Part shown: in pieces, positions 62,691 through 64,000 of the stretch
How positions within the stretch are numbered: the first letter of the stretch is position 1
Layout: every line of letters begins with the position of its first letter
Source: Felis catus
Taxonomy: Eukaryota
Reading direction: 5' to 3'
Length of the DNA stretch: 64,000 nucleotides
Assembly: GCF_018350175.1 (NCBI RefSeq)
Contig: NC_058368.1
Span: forward strand, 114,020,001 to 114,084,000
Notes under the pieces: generated by a model
Seen by the model: the letters and a program-made list of their open reading frames with translations, nothing else
What the model was told of the DNA's origin: nothing
Databases searched by the model: none
Position numbers and translations under genes: made by a program

Positions 62691-64000
62691 GAGGAGTTAA
62701 GATGGCAGAGTAGTAAAGGGACCCTGGGCTTGCCTCGTTCCTTGAACATAGCTAAGTCAACATGAAATAATTTTGAACATCTTGGAAATTAAGGATTAAT
62801 CCTGAGGATCAAGAGAACAATCTGCATAATTAGACAGAAAGAACCTGTCAGGTGAACTGGAAGAGAGAAAAGCCTTGCTGCCACAGAAGGTAGGGAGCCC
62901 TTCTCACAGAAAGGAGGAGAGAGTGGGAGACAGAGCACTGCATCTGGTTTTTGCAAGAAAAGCACTCCCCCAAAACCAATGACTGGGGAATCAGGAGGAA
63001 CATACTACTGCAAGTTTTTGCGAACACTGGAGTTCAAATTCTGAAGGTTTTGAAGTCTGTGCCATTCATTGGAGTTGATCTGGGCAGGTGGTGATGCTCC
63101 TGGGGAAGAGGGCAGAGGCCCAGGAGTGGATAGCAGACAGCATAGTGTGGGAATTCCCTGGGTCACCCCGGGAGAGAACATTCCCCTTCCTGGAACGCAG
63201 TTGGAAGAAGTTAGATTACCTCTCCAAGGACAAAAGACCCAGCTGGACTCTTTCAGCAGCCGTTCAACAGCAGGGGACAGAGGCATGTGCAGAGTGTGGA
63301 TAACCTGACCTACAACTTTTTACTGGGCTTCACCATAAACTCCAGGCAACTGTGCAGCCAAGGGACTGCTTTTCTGGGACAGAATGGCACCAGGTGCAGC
63401 ACTGTAAGGTTCTCCCCAAGAGCGGGGAGTGGGTCTGAGCCTTGACAGGTCCTTTAAGATTTGGAGTTTTGGGGGTGCCTGGGTGGTTCAGTCAGCTAAA
63501 CATCCAACTCTTGATTTCAGCTCAGGTCATGATGATTCGTGGGATCAAGCCCTGCCTGCTTCAGGCTCCACGCTGACAGTGTAGAGCCTGTTTGGGATAT
63601 TCCCTCTCTCTCTCTCTCCCTCTCTCTCTCTCTCTTTCTCAGATAAATTAATTAATTTTAAAAAAAGATTTGCAGTTTTGAATCCCAGCTGCACATCAAA
63701 GACAAAACACACGAGAGCTGTGGCTCCGGGAATGTTGATGGCCCGGGCACAGACGGGTTGAGGGCAGGGATCTGACAAAAGCCTGGGACACAGGAGAAGA
63801 GACTGTTTACTTATCTGTGAGGGTTTCCTTATCTGTGGGGAGCGCAAGCTCCCCACCCCAGGACAAGAGAGCAGGGTGATGCCATCTTCCCCTGCCCACC
63901 AGCATGGTTAGACTTTAGTGAGCAACACGGCCCCCCCCCCCCATTGGAGGCTGGGGTCCTTACACCATACCCCATCCCCACATGTGTCCTGCAGGGGCAT
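62691..64000 (+). mobile_element. 5' UTR of an older carnivore L1, running off the window
   Basis: GAGGAGTTAAGATGGCAGAGTAGT start followed by GC-richer 5' UTR-like sequence. Confidence 0.7.
63471..63664 (+). mobile_element. Can-SINE inside L1 5' UTR
   Basis: TSD AAGATTTG(G/C)AGTTTT. Confidence 0.92.

Overview
This is mammalian nuclear DNA, almost certainly from a cat-family (Felidae) carnivore. The evidence is dozens of tRNA-derived Can-SINEs, including the young felid-type GGGGCGCCTGGGTGGCGCAGTCGGTTAAGCGTCCGACTTCAGCCAGGTCACG subfamily, plus felid/carnivore LINE-1s. Most of the window is interspersed repeat: Can-SINEs, L1 of several ages, L2, MIR, MaLR/MLT1 LTRs and microsatellites. The only host-gene sequence I can support is a heavily disabled neuropeptide Y receptor Y6 pseudogene (NPY6R, about 36230-37307, +, no intron within the coding region), which still has an intact-looking upstream splice acceptor. 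Nearly all other ORFs in the track are repeat-derived or random. I find no convincing novel biological system. The notable items are the NPY6R loss and several unusual retrotransposition structures readable from target-site duplications (TSDs): a 3'-truncated but TSD-flanked L1, a twin-primed L1 with a ~1.8 kb deletion, repeated use of the same insertion sites, and two candidate 3' transductions. Repeat subfamily names and ortholog comparisons come from memory, not from a database search. Boundaries of old repeats are approximate.
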